Under the pieces are notes generated by a model, which saw only the letters and a program-made list of their open reading frames with translations, did no database searches and was not told where the DNA came from. A stretch of DNA of 63,654 nucleotides, counting the filler, from Reticulomyxa filosa (taxonomy: Eukaryota > Protista > Foraminifera): NCBI GenBank assembly GCA_000512085.1. It is 22 parts of 22 records of this genome, joined end to end, with 100 filler letters (N's around TTAATTAATTAA, not from the genome) between each part and the next. Parts side by side here need not be neighbours in the genome. Positions count along the whole stretch, not along the records: positions 11,753 to 17,349 come from ASPP01018635.1; positions 17,450 to 20,254 come from ASPP01010478.1; positions 20,355 to 21,734 come from ASPP01018913.1; positions 21,835 to 23,874 come from ASPP01011157.1; positions 23,975 to 27,145 come from ASPP01017447.1; 17 more parts are not named here. One strand, written 5' to 3'. The stretch's first letter is position 1; every line of letters starts with the position of its first letter. A program made the translations under genes and the position numbers. This document shows, in pieces, positions 13,802 to 26,442 of this stretch.

Positions 13802-16800
13802 TAAGCAAAAGAAATAATTGAGCGTAGGATAAGAATAAGCGTAGAGTTGGGTTATATTCTTTTGGTGGAATTGAGTATTTTAATGGGCTAATGCTTGCAT
13901 GTCACTCATCTTTAAACACATATGTTTATCATTTTTTTAACTTTTGTTTTTCAAAGTGCTGCGATTTTTGTTTTTATCTTTTTTCTGCAGAAATATTTAC
14001 TACAATGCCATTTACATTCTTTCTTGAAAAATTCGTTCGAGCCATTTGCATATAATTTTTCAGTAAATACACATTTTTTTAGTGAATGTGTTGATGTGCC
14101 AGGTTAAACGGAGCACTTGTCCTAAAGAGGAACAAAAAGAAGAAAAAACAAAAGGACATCAATAGCTAGAAAATAAATAAAGAAAGCATGCTGGTCAACA
14201 AATTTTTTACGAAAGTTGCTAGACTAATTAAACACCTATTTTCATGACTGTTTGCACATCGAATTTATTATTGTACAAAGGAGTAGATTTCAATTTTTTC
14301 GTACATGTAAGTTAGAGTTAGAAAAAATTTGGCAGAGAAACCCTGGTATGGCTCAACGGAACTACAAACCAAAGATTTCCTGCAATCATAAAAATGATAA
14401 AATTTGCACACAACAACTACCAGAATGCCAGCAAATCAATCCAAAGTTCATATTTTATTTAACAGTTTTTCGTTTACTCACCTCCAGCAAAAAAAATTAG
14501 GAAAATTACGCAAGCTTTCGACAATACATGGAGCCACAGGGTGTACTCTCTGCTTTCTTTTGGAAAGTGCACGAAAAAGAGAGGTCGTCTTAGACACAAC
14601 GGAATTTCCTCGAATGAATTTGCAAAAATTAGATTAGCTGAAAATGGTCTTACCAGACTAAATATTGATTTGATACTAAACTCCGGCCAAAGCTGTGAAA
14701 GATACTGGCGAGCAGTTATTTGTACATTTATAATGCTGAAAAAAGACAATTTGTTATTTTTTATTAATGTTAGTTTTTAAAAATATAACCAGAAATCTAA
14801 AGATCAAACATTTACGCTTATCAGAAAAAAAAACAACGAAGCCCTCTTTTATGAGACGAAGAAAATCCTACCTGGGTACTGACAATTGCAATTTTTGGAG
14901 ATCCGTCAGCATCATGTGACAAACGATATGACAAGATAGACAACCCAGTAGTAGGAGCTTTTCGACAAGATTCAAGTTCGATGACTATATATCTACGTGC
15001 TTGTCATCATCTGAACCTCACAAGTTAAGCAAATCTAATGAATTTACCTAAACATATTTGTAAAAATATTTTTATTTTAAAAAAAATTAAAGACAACAAT
15101 GACCATTTGTCCTATTACAACGAATTAATTGCAAGAACTGAAGTGCACGTTTACTGGAACAAAAATATATGCAACAATTTAATATTACTTAACGCAAAGG
15201 ATAAGATTACCGAAATATATAAAAATGTTAGTTGAAGTTTACAAAAATCTTTATTTGTTGTCTAATTTTATAAATGAAAATACAAATACTAACAAATATT
15301 TGGTTTTTAGGACAATATAAGAATTATGGATTACAATTTAAGTGCAGTTAAGTATAATCATATCTTAAAAATTTTCAAGCTAATTTGTAGATTGAATTGT
15401 GTATATATTCAACTAAAAAATAAAACAGAAATCCAAATATAATAACACTGCTGATGTTGCTGAAGAAATCTTTTCGCAAACTAAATTTGACTGTACAACA
15501 TATTCTATGTGGTTTCCTTCACTTGATCCTGTATATCAAAATCTAAATAACAGATAAACAGTTTATGTGTAATAGTAATTAAGTAATTAGTACGTGCTAA
15601 TTACGTTTTAATAGTATTCTATAGTATTTGCAAGAAAAATGTCACTAGATATATTTAACATAGATAGCTAAACTGACACATTTATAATGTTATTTTTAAA
15701 ATTTACTGAAGTTTTCTTAAATATTTTATGTACTTTGTAATGTGTATGACTAGATTGTTTACCAAATGTTTAAACATTAGTTAACATAATCGTATTTACT
15801 GTACTTAGTAAAGTTTTTTTATTCATTTAATAACTTAATATTGTTTGTTAATGCTGGTAAAAGGTAACTATTGTCAACTTACAAATATTTAAAGCACAAC
15901 ATCATGCGTGACAACTAAAAGATAAGTTTATGATAGCAAAGACTCACAAATTTAACTTAGAACAAAGATTGTGAAAACAAAATGTAAAGATTGACCCTTC
16001 CGAGTGTTGAATGTTGTTAGAAGGCAATTTTTTTGGGGGTATTTATTGATGAAATAATGAGCTAATGAATGATTTCACATACAATAAATAACAAATTTTA
16101 CTGATGGAATCAAATGACGATATATCTGGTATCCAAATATTTATTTTTGGTACAATACTTACTCATTATTTCATATAAAAATATCAATAAACAAAGATGT
16201 TGAAACATGACATTAAATAAATGTTCTCATAATGTTCCAAGATTCTAACATGTTTTATAATCGGATTATTTGCAAGTCAAGCAATAGAATCTACACTACA
16301 ATTAACATAATTCTAATTTTATTGTTTCGAGATTGGATTACTTTTTTATGCAGGAAAAATAATATTCTCCTGAAATTTCTTTCTTTTTAGAAAATTGTAC
16401 AAAAAGTATTTATACAGTTGATTGAGAAGTTAAAGAGTCTTGTTGCATTTCCAAAAATTGTTTATAAATAAAATCATTTTTTGGTATTTGCGATTGTTAT
16501 CTTGAATTATTTTATTTCATGTTCCTTTCGTTTTAGCATTGACCATTTCTGATTGAAAATAAACACTTTTATTAATGTTTCCCAATTTACGTATTATCTT
16601 TATGACAAAGCAAAATTTCGGAGTTATTATTTTTCTTGATATTGTAACTCAACGGACATTTGATCGTTTTTGATAATTATATGTTTTAATTCTAACAATT
16701 TAGATTTGGATTCACGAATTTTATTTAGTAAATCCTTTTTTCATATTTTGTTTTTCCAACAGAAATTTTTGTTCTTTGCAAAGCTTGTTTTGTTTCAGTC

Positions 16801-17449
16801 AATTCTTTTTGTATGTCTTTCTGTCAAATCTTTTTCAAATTTCATCAATTTTTGTATTAATTCTAGTCTTTCAATTTTGCTTGTTTGCAAATGATAAGAA
16901 GATTGTCTATTCAAAAAAAGTAGTTAATATATACGACATAATTTTGATTACTAAGAATAATTTTATTCGTATTTGCATAAAAGTGCGAAATTTATAAAAA
17001 ATTTGATGTTTGGATTTTTTTTCTTCTAATTTTACTTGAAAAATCGTTTTAATCAAATCCGAAAAAATATATACGTTTGTCTCTGTCAACAAATTTTGTG
17101 ATACGTCTTCTGCTTACTCATCATCTTTATCGGAGTTTTCTTTTTTTTAAAAAAAGGAATATCATTAAGACTAATCAAAAACTGCTTTTTAATAAATAAA
17201 ATTATTTTTAATTGAGTTGGTCATCAAAATACTTAGAAAATTATATTGAATCATGAGTAAAGAGATTAGAATCATGAATAAAATATGCAATGGATCATCA
17301 CTAACTTTGAAAAAAAGAAAAGAAAAGACTCTAAAGAAAGTTTGGAGTGNNNNNNNNNNNNNNNNNNNNNNNNNNNNNNNNNNNNNNNNNNNNTTAATTA
17401 ATTAANNNNNNNNNNNNNNNNNNNNNNNNNNNNNNNNNNNNNNNNNNNN

Positions 17450-17484
<35 letters not shown>

Positions 17485-19912
17485 GCGATTGTCGTGAACA
17501 AACGTTTTAGTCAAATCACTCATTGATTTGAACTGCTTTTCATTTTCCTTTTTTTGTGTTTCCAATTCTTTTTTCAATCGCTGCTTTTTTTTCCTCTCTT
17601 CTTTTTCTTTTCGCTCGCGTTCTTGTGCTTTTTCCATTTCTTCTTGCGATTCTTTGTCCAGTAACCCCAGCGCTGCTAATGCAAACTGAATTTTTTTATT
17701 TCTTTGCGAATGGCTATACCATTGAGGTGGAGACAACACATGTCCAGGCTGTCCTTCGTTTCCCTTTTCGTCTTGTTCTTGTCCTCGCTGTTGCTGTTGA
17801 CCTTTCCCTTCCTTCTCTTTTCTTCCCCTTTTCTTTTTCTGATCCCTGCCATTGCTTTTTCTGATCGCTAGGGGTCTCGTTCAATCCAAACAGCTTTCGA
17901 ATTGATGCCAATTTTCTTTCTTTGCTTTTTTGATCGGGCAGTGTTTGTGCACGTTCCAAGATTTCCGATTCACTATTTGATGCATATACATATACGTAAA
18001 TATATATATGTATATAAATATAAATATAAATATATACATACATATATGTATACATATGTGTATATGTAAAAAGAGAGCTTACGTAGCGTGATTGACATTA
18101 TTGTTGTAAGTGTAAACCGCAGCAAAGCTGTTGACAGATCGCTTAAGTTCATCTTTGGAAGGATCGTCGAATGGAACGAAATCAAAGGGATGCGCACGTG
18201 AGGATTCGAAGGAAGGAGAAAACAGCTGAATGGACTCTAAGGGCAGTTGGTCCAGTCCACTATCCAACGACTTGGTTCGTGTGTGATGACGATGATAGCC
18301 ATCGACGTGGGAGTCGTCTTCGTCCCAATCTTGCTGTTCTAGGTCTTCGTGGCTCAATGTGTTTTCCAAATGTTTGACGACTGGAATTATGGGCACGAGA
18401 ATTTCTTGTGGAATTTCAGTACTCGACACCAAACTCTGTCGTCTTCTCTTTTTCGAATTATTCAAAGGAATTACACTATTTGCATTGATTTGTTTCTTTT
18501 CATTGACATCTATCGCTTCATGTGTATTTGTCGCACTCGACGATGTGTCAATTGTTGATGTTTGTGTGTCGGATATTATTTCCATTTTTTTGTTATCGTC
18601 TCTTTTTTTTCTTTTTCTTTTTCTTTCTCTTTTGATTCCAATGACTCTTTTTGTGATGACTGTACATTCATGTCGCTGTCCCATTTATTCACATTCGACT
18701 GTGTGTTTGTCACTTTACTTCCATTATCTTTTTCTTTTTCAATTTGATGTACGCTTTCCTTATTGTCAATCACTATCCGTGTGTCCGTGCGATTCTCGCT
18801 ATTGTATTCCTCTTTGACTGTTTCTTCGTTGGGAAGAAAATAGCGAAGCTATCCCAAGCAAACAAAGACAAATGTATCAAAAACAACAATCAACGAACAA
18901 AATCTCTTCAAACCTCAGTGCTGAATCTACGAATCGGTACATCTTGAGGGGTGTCATGTTGAAATCGATGACTATTGGAGTGGACGCTGTCAACCGAATC
19001 GGCTCGGATTCGCTGCGTCGCATTGTTGTTAGCCCAATCAAAGGCGGTTATTGTAGAATCGTTTTTCAGATTGTCATTGTCAGAAGCAGTAGTATTGGCA
19101 TTGGTAATGGCTGTTGTGTCTTGAGAAGACAATGGGAATAGATCAGTCAGTGGAGCACGATGTTTATTCAACGAGTGCTTGGAATGAGCATTGGTGGAAG
19201 AAATGTGGATAGTCCTCCTCGGGTTAAAGAATTTCGGATTTGTTGCGAGTTTGTCCAGAGGATTCAATTTGGCATGATTGGCCAGTGCAACCAAGGACTT
19301 GGTCACATTATCATTATTATTCGTCGTAATACTTACTTTCGATAAAATGGGCTCTTTTTTTTTTATTTTATCCTTGTCCTTATCTTTGTCTTTGACTTTG
19401 ATGTTGATGGACGCCTTTGGGCTGGGCTGCATCGTCTTGCTATTTTTTGTGACCACTGAACTTTTGCTCGACGGTAGACAATGCTTAAAGTGTCGTATCA
19501 CTCGAGAGGGCAACACTCGTCCTTTTTCTTCTGGCAATTCCCACGCTGTTTTATACACTAAACATGCTCTACTCAATGCGATTCCATTTTTTATTCGACC
19601 GTTTTTACCAAATGTGTTAAAAATGTTCGCTGCTTCTTCATAGTGGAGTACATTCATATCGGTACCCACTTGCGTCTCCTCTTTCCTTACTGACACCTGC
19701 ACTGCATCCTTCTTCTTCCTTTCTTCCATTCTATTCAACATTGCTCGCTCTTCCTTCGATACCTTCTCTCCACCTCCTATCATCAGGAACTCGTCTCGAA
19801 ACCCCAGCATCGGCAACGACGTGGTCGAGGGAGAAGAAACCTCGCCATCTGTCGAATGTGTAAAACTTTCATCCATTACAATTGGGCTGTTTAAGGTCAA
19901 GTTATGTGACAT
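17450..19912 (-). CDS. Hypothetical low-complexity/disordered protein, multi-exon, 3' truncated
   Basis: Successive minus ORFs 19912-18908, ~18860-18079 and ~17980-17450 with GT-AG introns and K/E/D/N repeats. Confidence 0.6.
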
Positions 19913-21060
19913 TTTCTTGTTTTGCTTTTTTTTTTAAATTCTTATCGATAATGTTTTTTTTTTTGTTCAAAAGTCCGATAACTCATCAGCTGTTCAGTGT
20001 TTAAAATAAAGCATATTTTTGAATTCTCTTACATTTTCTCTGCAACTCTTGTAAAATACAAATTTTTTTTTCATACTGATGGTAAAAGATAATTACAGAG
20101 AAAATTTTATCAAAGCGATTTTCAGAAATTCCACTACAAAGGAAAGTTAAATTAAGAATAACAAAAGACAATAGACTGAGAAAATCAAAACTAGTTAGAT
20201 TGTAGCAACAATAAGCCGCAAGGCCATTTGGAATGTAGTTCCAAAATTTGCTAANNNNNNNNNNNNNNNNNNNNNNNNNNNNNNNNNNNNNNNNNNNNTT
20301 AATTAATTAANNNNNNNNNNNNNNNNNNNNNNNNNNNNNNNNNNNNNNNNNNNNTCCTTCTTGCTTTTCAGTCGCTTCTTAAAAAATGTACAAATAATGA
20401 CGATACATATGAACACTGTTACAATAAGAGAAACGACCGTATTTGCGAAAAGTATGACTGTTACATCCGAATCAATTATTGAAGAGAGTAATATTAACAA
20501 AAAAGTGGTTCTATTATATCTAAAGAGTGTCCTTTTTTCCCATTACAATAAGAGACCACGTGCATGCGGGCATCTTTTCTGTGAACTCTTTTTTTTTTTT
20601 TTTAATCAAAAAAAGGTCTTATTTGACCCTTTTTTTTTTTTGTAATTAAAAAAATGGTAAAAAGCGTACGTTTTTTTTTTTTCTCAGGATCAGTTGATCA
20701 TTTGAACAAGAATCTAACTCAAGCATGCTCTGGTATGGGTTTATACGCTTGAGAAAAAAAAAAAAAAAGAAGGTTTGAGGACAAATGTATCTTTTTAATG
20801 GTCATATCTAAAAAAAAAAATTGTGGTAATTTTTTGGAAAGTACTTTGTTAAAACTGAAAACATACTTTGGATCACATTATAACGTCAATACAAACAACG
20901 AAAGATTTTATGAAGAATGACGCAGCAATTCGAACTCAAGTAGTTGTTTATTTATTTCGAAATGAAAGTAAATACACACAATACAATTTGTAAGCAACAT
21001 TTGTTTGTTGACATTGAATGATATGTTTAGGAAATAATAAGCAAAGATGGTCGCTATAGT

Positions 21061-21510
21061 GTGACTCTGAATATAACAGAAGAAAGCAGTGTACGTAATG
21101 CGGATGTGAGAGATTGGAGTGTGAGTGGGGTTATGTATTACCAATTGCCAGTCTTTTTTGAAGGTAATTCCAATGTCATTGCATTGGAGAACAACTGGAA
21201 AATAAATGTGAATGAAAGACATAATGTGCACGTCATGTGGATTGACAAAAGTAACAGTGCAAGGACAAATGGATTTGTATTTGTAGGCAAAATGAATGCT
21301 TGTGGAGGGATGCAAGTCAATAAGACAAATAATGGAACGAATGATAGACAGAGTATTGGCGATAATCGACATGCGAAAGAAGTTGAATTGTTGATGGTTT
21401 TTTTCAGTAACATTACAAACGAGTTTGAATTACAGAGTAAATTGGAAGAATTTAATGGCAACGTATCATCAGTCATCGAATACCTTGCTTCAAAACGTCA
21501 TTTAAATCAA
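21061..21510 (+). CDS. Hypothetical protein exon
   Basis: Open frame follows an AG acceptor (ctatag at 21055-21060) and ends at a GT donor (~21511). No family recognised. Confidence 0.4.
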
Positions 21511-21931
21511 GTTAAGTCAAATACAAATTCAAATTTTACATTTTGTTTTCTCTCAATTAAAAAAAAAAAAACAAGCGCAAATAATGGGATGCATTTGATA
21601 TTTGTAAACACACGTAATAAAAAACAAGCAAGCAAACAAGGAAACTTACGAAAGTGCAAGAAAACATAAAGTCGCAAAATGAATTGGAACAGGTCTCTTG
21701 CACATACGTATATACACACACACACACACACACANNNNNNNNNNNNNNNNNNNNNNNNNNNNNNNNNNNNNNNNNNNNTTAATTAATTAANNNNNNNNNN
21801 NNNNNNNNNNNNNNNNNNNNNNNNNNNNNNNNNNTATGTATATGCATGTGTATGTTTCCAATATTAAAATAAAAAAAAAAAAGAGGCTGATTTTGATAAA
21901 GGAATGAATAAATAAAAAAATAAAAGCGCTG

Positions 21932-22444
21932 GTGAAAAATGACCCGAAAATTTTAATGGCAGCCAGAGACAATAAGAAAATCTCAATATCCGACGAACGC
22001 TGGAATGAAATCAAACGTGAGGTAAATTACGACTTGGTGAAACAATTGGTGACCTTTTTGGATAACGACTTGGCAAGGACTCTGGATCCCAAAGTTGTGG
22101 CCATCATCAAAGACTATCTCCAAACTGCAACTTACGAACAGGCCGTCAATGCTTCCAAAGTCGCTGGTCCTGTCTTTTTGTGGATCAAGTCAGTCGTGTT
22201 TTATTCCGAATTAGTCGTCAAAATTGCTCCATTGAAAGAACAAATCGTTGAACTGGAGGCCAGATCGAAAGAAAGAAACGGGGAAATGTCTCTTCTCAAA
22301 TCACAAGAAAAAGAGTTGGCCGACAAAATACGAAAGTGTCGGGGAGAGATGTTACAAATGACGGGATACAAAAAATTGGAAGCTTGTACTTTATGTAAGC
22401 ACCCTTTTCCTTTTTTTTATTTTTGGCTGTTTTGTGTCGTGTGA
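21932..22444 (+). CDS. Dynein heavy-chain stalk microtubule-binding domain + CC2-like protein, C-terminal part
   Basis: WNEIKR...TYEQAVNASKVAGPVFLWIKSVVFYSELVVKIAPLKEQIVELE matches cytoplasmic dynein [42 protein letters not shown]. Confidence 0.8.
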   Translation: MKNDPKILMAARDNKKISISDERWNEIKREVNYDLVKQLVTFLDNDLARTLDPKVVAIIKDYLQTATYEQAVNASKVAGPVFLWIKSVVFYSELVVKIAPLKEQIVELEARSKERNGEMSLLKSQEKELADKIRKCRGEMLQMTGYKKLEACTLCKHPFPFFYFWLFCVV

Positions 22445-22757
22445 GCTCCTTTTAAATTGTATTTCTTAGTGCGTTTTTGGAATCTCTAGTGAGAAATTCC
22501 TATTAAAAAAAACAATCCTTTGTTTTTTTATCCAAAAAAAATTTCGTACACTTTTCAAAACAAAAATTATTTACAATTAGAAATCCATTATGAACTGCAA
22601 ATTTTTTTTATACACAAGCACTTTCAAAACTACAATATTAAATCCTATTAAACTTTGGAACGCAAAGGGCCGTACCAAAAGTAATAAAGGGAAAATATAA
22701 AAATAAAAAAGAAGACATTTAAAAAAAGAGTATTAGCATAAAACACTGGGAATCAAA

Positions 22758-23111
22758 ATGAAGCAACCAACTTGGTCCTCTTTCACAAAAAATCTCCTGA
22801 AACTTTGGCAATCTTATTCAGCCACAGATATCAGGTGCAAAATAATTGACAGTTACATGTTGTTTACAATCTTGACAGTGGTGGTGCAAGTGGCGTATTT
22901 CCTGGTTATTGGAACGTCATTTCCATTCAATTCGTTGTTGTCAGGAGTGTTATCTTGTGTGGGATCTTTGATTCTCGTTGCTTCGCTGCGCTTACAAATT
23001 GTAAACCCATCACAAAATCGTGAGTTTGATTTTTCACCAGAGCGTGCATTTGCTGACTTTATCTTTGGTTCTATGCTGTTGCATTTTGTGGTGTTATCTT
23101 TTATTGGATAA
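22758..23111 (+). CDS. DAD1: Oligosaccharyltransferase subunit DAD1/OST2
   Basis: KIIDSY...SFPFNSLLSGVLSCVGSLILVASLRLQ...FSPERAFADFIFGSMLLHFVVLSFIG; full-length 117 aa, intronless. Confidence 0.96.
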   Translation: MKQPTWSSFTKNLLKLWQSYSATDIRCKIIDSYMLFTILTVVVQVAYFLVIGTSFPFNSLLSGVLSCVGSLILVASLRLQIVNPSQNREFDFSPERAFADFIFGSMLLHFVVLSFIG

Positions 23112-24014
23112 ACACTAAGGATTACTAATTATTTTTTTTAAAACAAAAATTAATTACTAATCTTAACGTCATCCCAAATCATTTGTAATGTTTGTATTAT
23201 GTCACACGGAAAAAATCTCCACTTTAAATTTTTCAAAAACCTCTGGAAATTTAATTCATTTCAGACCTAGTATCTTTCAAGTACTCATTTTTATATGTAC
23301 TTTTTATATTCGATCAATCAATGTTTCGATGTGGCCTGTTTTTTTTTAAAAAAAAGGTTCTTTAAGATTTGTCTCAAATTTTTTGAGGGATGGACAGATG
23401 ATTTAAAAAATAACACTAACATTGCTTTTTTTTGTTTTTTGTTGTGATTAAACATTTGAAGTAAATGAACACATCACTTTTTAAGCGATATTGCAGAGAA
23501 AGGGGATAAAAAGGCAACACTTTGAGTAAAACAATTGTCTTTTCCGATGAGAGAATAGCACGCCCCACAATGTAGCGAATTGAGATTTCTGAAACACTCA
23601 CAGTGTTTATAGCAATACAAGTCCAAAAAGAAACATTCCTGGCAAAACAACGAAGAGGAGGTTCGTATTAAGTTTTGCAAGCTCCAAAAAGAAAATCATT
23701 TACTACAATTGTAAACAACATATTAAAATAATCAAAAAAAAGAACAGTGTTCTCTTCACACAGACAAATTTTTTTTTATAGCAAAAGATTCAAAGCACTT
23801 TGATTGACAAACTTTCAAGCATAGCCAATTTTTTTTTTTAAATGTTGTCACATGGGAGGCAAAAAAAAAAAAAANNNNNNNNNNNNNNNNNNNNNNNNNN
23901 NNNNNNNNNNNNNNNNNNTTAATTAATTAANNNNNNNNNNNNNNNNNNNNNNNNNNNNNNNNNNNNNNNNNNNNAAAAAAAAAAAAAAAAAAAAAAACAA
24001 AAAAAAAAAAAAAC

Positions 24015-24608
24015 GTAACGGGTAGGAACACAATAGTTATACCCATTTGGAGCCATCATCCCCTTATAATAGATGGCATCCAAGGGCAACCAGTGAAGAA
24101 AACTAATCATAAAGGCTACCATCGTTGCCATACCAATTTTTACATAACGTAAGCTCCACAAATTTGTCTCATCGAATATTACTTTTAGGCGAAATAGGTA
24201 CACTGCATAATTTGTACCTTTGGCAAACTCGTACGCAAGTATTCCAATCATTGTCACGGTTTCACATGTCACCTTGGTATAAGTGGTATATAACGACCAG
24301 TAGTTTATTGTTTCATGGCACAGGAACACTACATACCACCACAACGACATACACGCCATACAAAGTCCTAACATACGATATAGTCTCGTCGGAATTGATG
24401 ATAAGTCACATTTGCAACATATCTTCCAATACGACGCGCTCGATGTGTGTCGGTTTTTTGCGGGTGACACCTCTTCTCCTTGCAAGAAATTGTTGGTCTT
24501 ATAAGTATGAACAATAGAAAGTATGGAACAAAAAACAGCTGCGAGTGGATAACCAACGCGAGAAAGCCACACGAATATTGGGAGGGTTTCAAGAAGGAAA
24601 AATACCAT
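24015..24608 (-). CDS. 7TM/GPCR-like membrane protein A (first exon, 3' truncated)
   Basis: Hydrophobic helices, a Cys before the third helix and motif NYAVYLFRLKVIFDET shared with B and C. Confidence 0.55.
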
Positions 24609-25022
24609 TTTTTTTTTTAAAAAAGTTTATTTTTTTAGTTTTGTTCTCCTACCGCTCTGATTTGCTCTCATACTGAAAAAAAAGGCATTGTTTTGTGCAA
24701 AGAAATTTAATTTTTTTTTATTAATTTTAAAAAAATAAAGCGCGCAAATTTCTATACAAAGTTGTAATTACCAACACAAAATCAAACTGACGACTTAAAA
24801 GATAAAAAGGACATCAACGGTTTGTACACTAAATCATAAAAATGGTTATTTTGGATTAAGATACCTATAAACAACAAAATCCTGGTATTGCAAAAGAAAA
24901 AAAAGAATTAAAAATTTTCTTTTGAGTTTAATGTTGCTACAAATAAAGAAAGTACTTTGTTGTTTGAACAAAATAAACAAGCAAAAAAAAAAAAAATGAA
25001 AAAAGAGCAATATAAAGACTGG

Positions 25023-26442
25023 CTATTGATTCGTATAATCAGATTGAGCCTCCAAAGTATGTGCTTGCAAGTCAATGGAAGGAGGAGGAATAAAATCAGG
25101 GATGGATTGAATGTCAGCATTTGGAGGGTGTGGGGGCTGTAATTTGAACAGCATCCACCCCTTAACACATTGAAAACAGTAATGATGGCAGAAATGGCAC
25201 ACCCGAGCATAAGTGGGCTGCGTGCAAGAAAATTGCAAATACACACAAGCGCTGACAATCACACAACAACAGATAACTGAATTCAAAAGCGTATTGATAT
25301 GTCCAATGCCAGTCTGAAATCTTAAAATGAACAGGAAAGGTCCCATCCAAGTGGCAAAGGCAGCTGTACCATTTAATAGACAATACTTTGTGATCGTTTT
25401 GATCAATTGTCGGTGTTGCATCTGAAATTCGGAGGCACTATGATCCACTTGCATCTGTCGATCGAAAGACAAGGAAGAAATGGAACGCGATGTTACTGCA
25501 AAGGTGGAAAACAGATTCGGCGAGGGCAATGAACCTGCATTGCCGAGATTTTCTATTGTTGTCACTGTCACTGTCACTGTTGTCGTTGCTGTCGATGCGG
25601 CCATTTCGACGTCCGTTTTTACTAACTCAAATAATTTGCGTACGAACATTACTGTCAAAAGCACAGACAAAAACAGTCCTATTATTCCCCACAATAATAA
25701 CGCTCCCGTCGCCTTTGGCTTAAAGTTTTCTTGCACATTCTCTTCACTTGTATACCCGCGTATCATCATCCAAGCACACATTAACATTGTTACTACGCCA
25801 TTTACTATTATTACCCCTGCGGTCATTTTATAGCTTTTTTTCGAGTAACCAAACACTGTCTCTTTAAACGCCAAAAACATTCGTCGTAGAAATAACGAAT
25901 ACCTTTTTTTTTTTTTTTTTGATTGCAGCCCCTTTAAAAAAAAAAGTGTACGTAAAACTCTGATGTATACATGTACGTAAAAAAAAAAAAAATAAAACCT
26001 TCTCTCTTTGACCTATATATATATATATGTGTATATGTATGCAGTACAAACATGAAAGAACCACCCAAGCCAAAGGTAAAAAATGAAGTGACAGACAATA
26101 ATATCCTTTTCTTTTTTGCAATTATGGTGTTGTTGTCTTCGAAGTTTTCGTTGCTTTGCGCTACCATTACATTCAATGCGAATAAAGTAATCGCACATAC
26201 CCAATAACATAGTTGTGTCATCACTATATTTTTTTTTTGTGGTGTAAAGATGTATCGTTTTTGCAAGAACGAAAGGAATGACAATGAAATGCAAATTAAC
26301 TGGTGAAAAAAATAACTCTACAATCAATTGGTCGAGAAGAGCTCTTTGCACGAAGGAAAAAGAGAGAGAAGAAATGAAATAATATCCCACTATGAACTGC
26401 AATAAATATCCCACCCACAATATTTGATAAAATGTCTTTCAT
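25023..26442 (-). CDS. 7TM/GPCR-like membrane protein B (multi-exon)
   Basis: YSLFLRRMFLAFKETVFGYS, several TM helices, a long loop, ITKYCLL and a Cys-rich tail (VCHFCHHYCFQC). Confidence 0.6.

Noticed and set aside
14000-17349. Short ORFs in a long AT-rich region
   Set aside because: No motifs and frequent stops; at most decayed coiled-coil remnants around 16600-17100.
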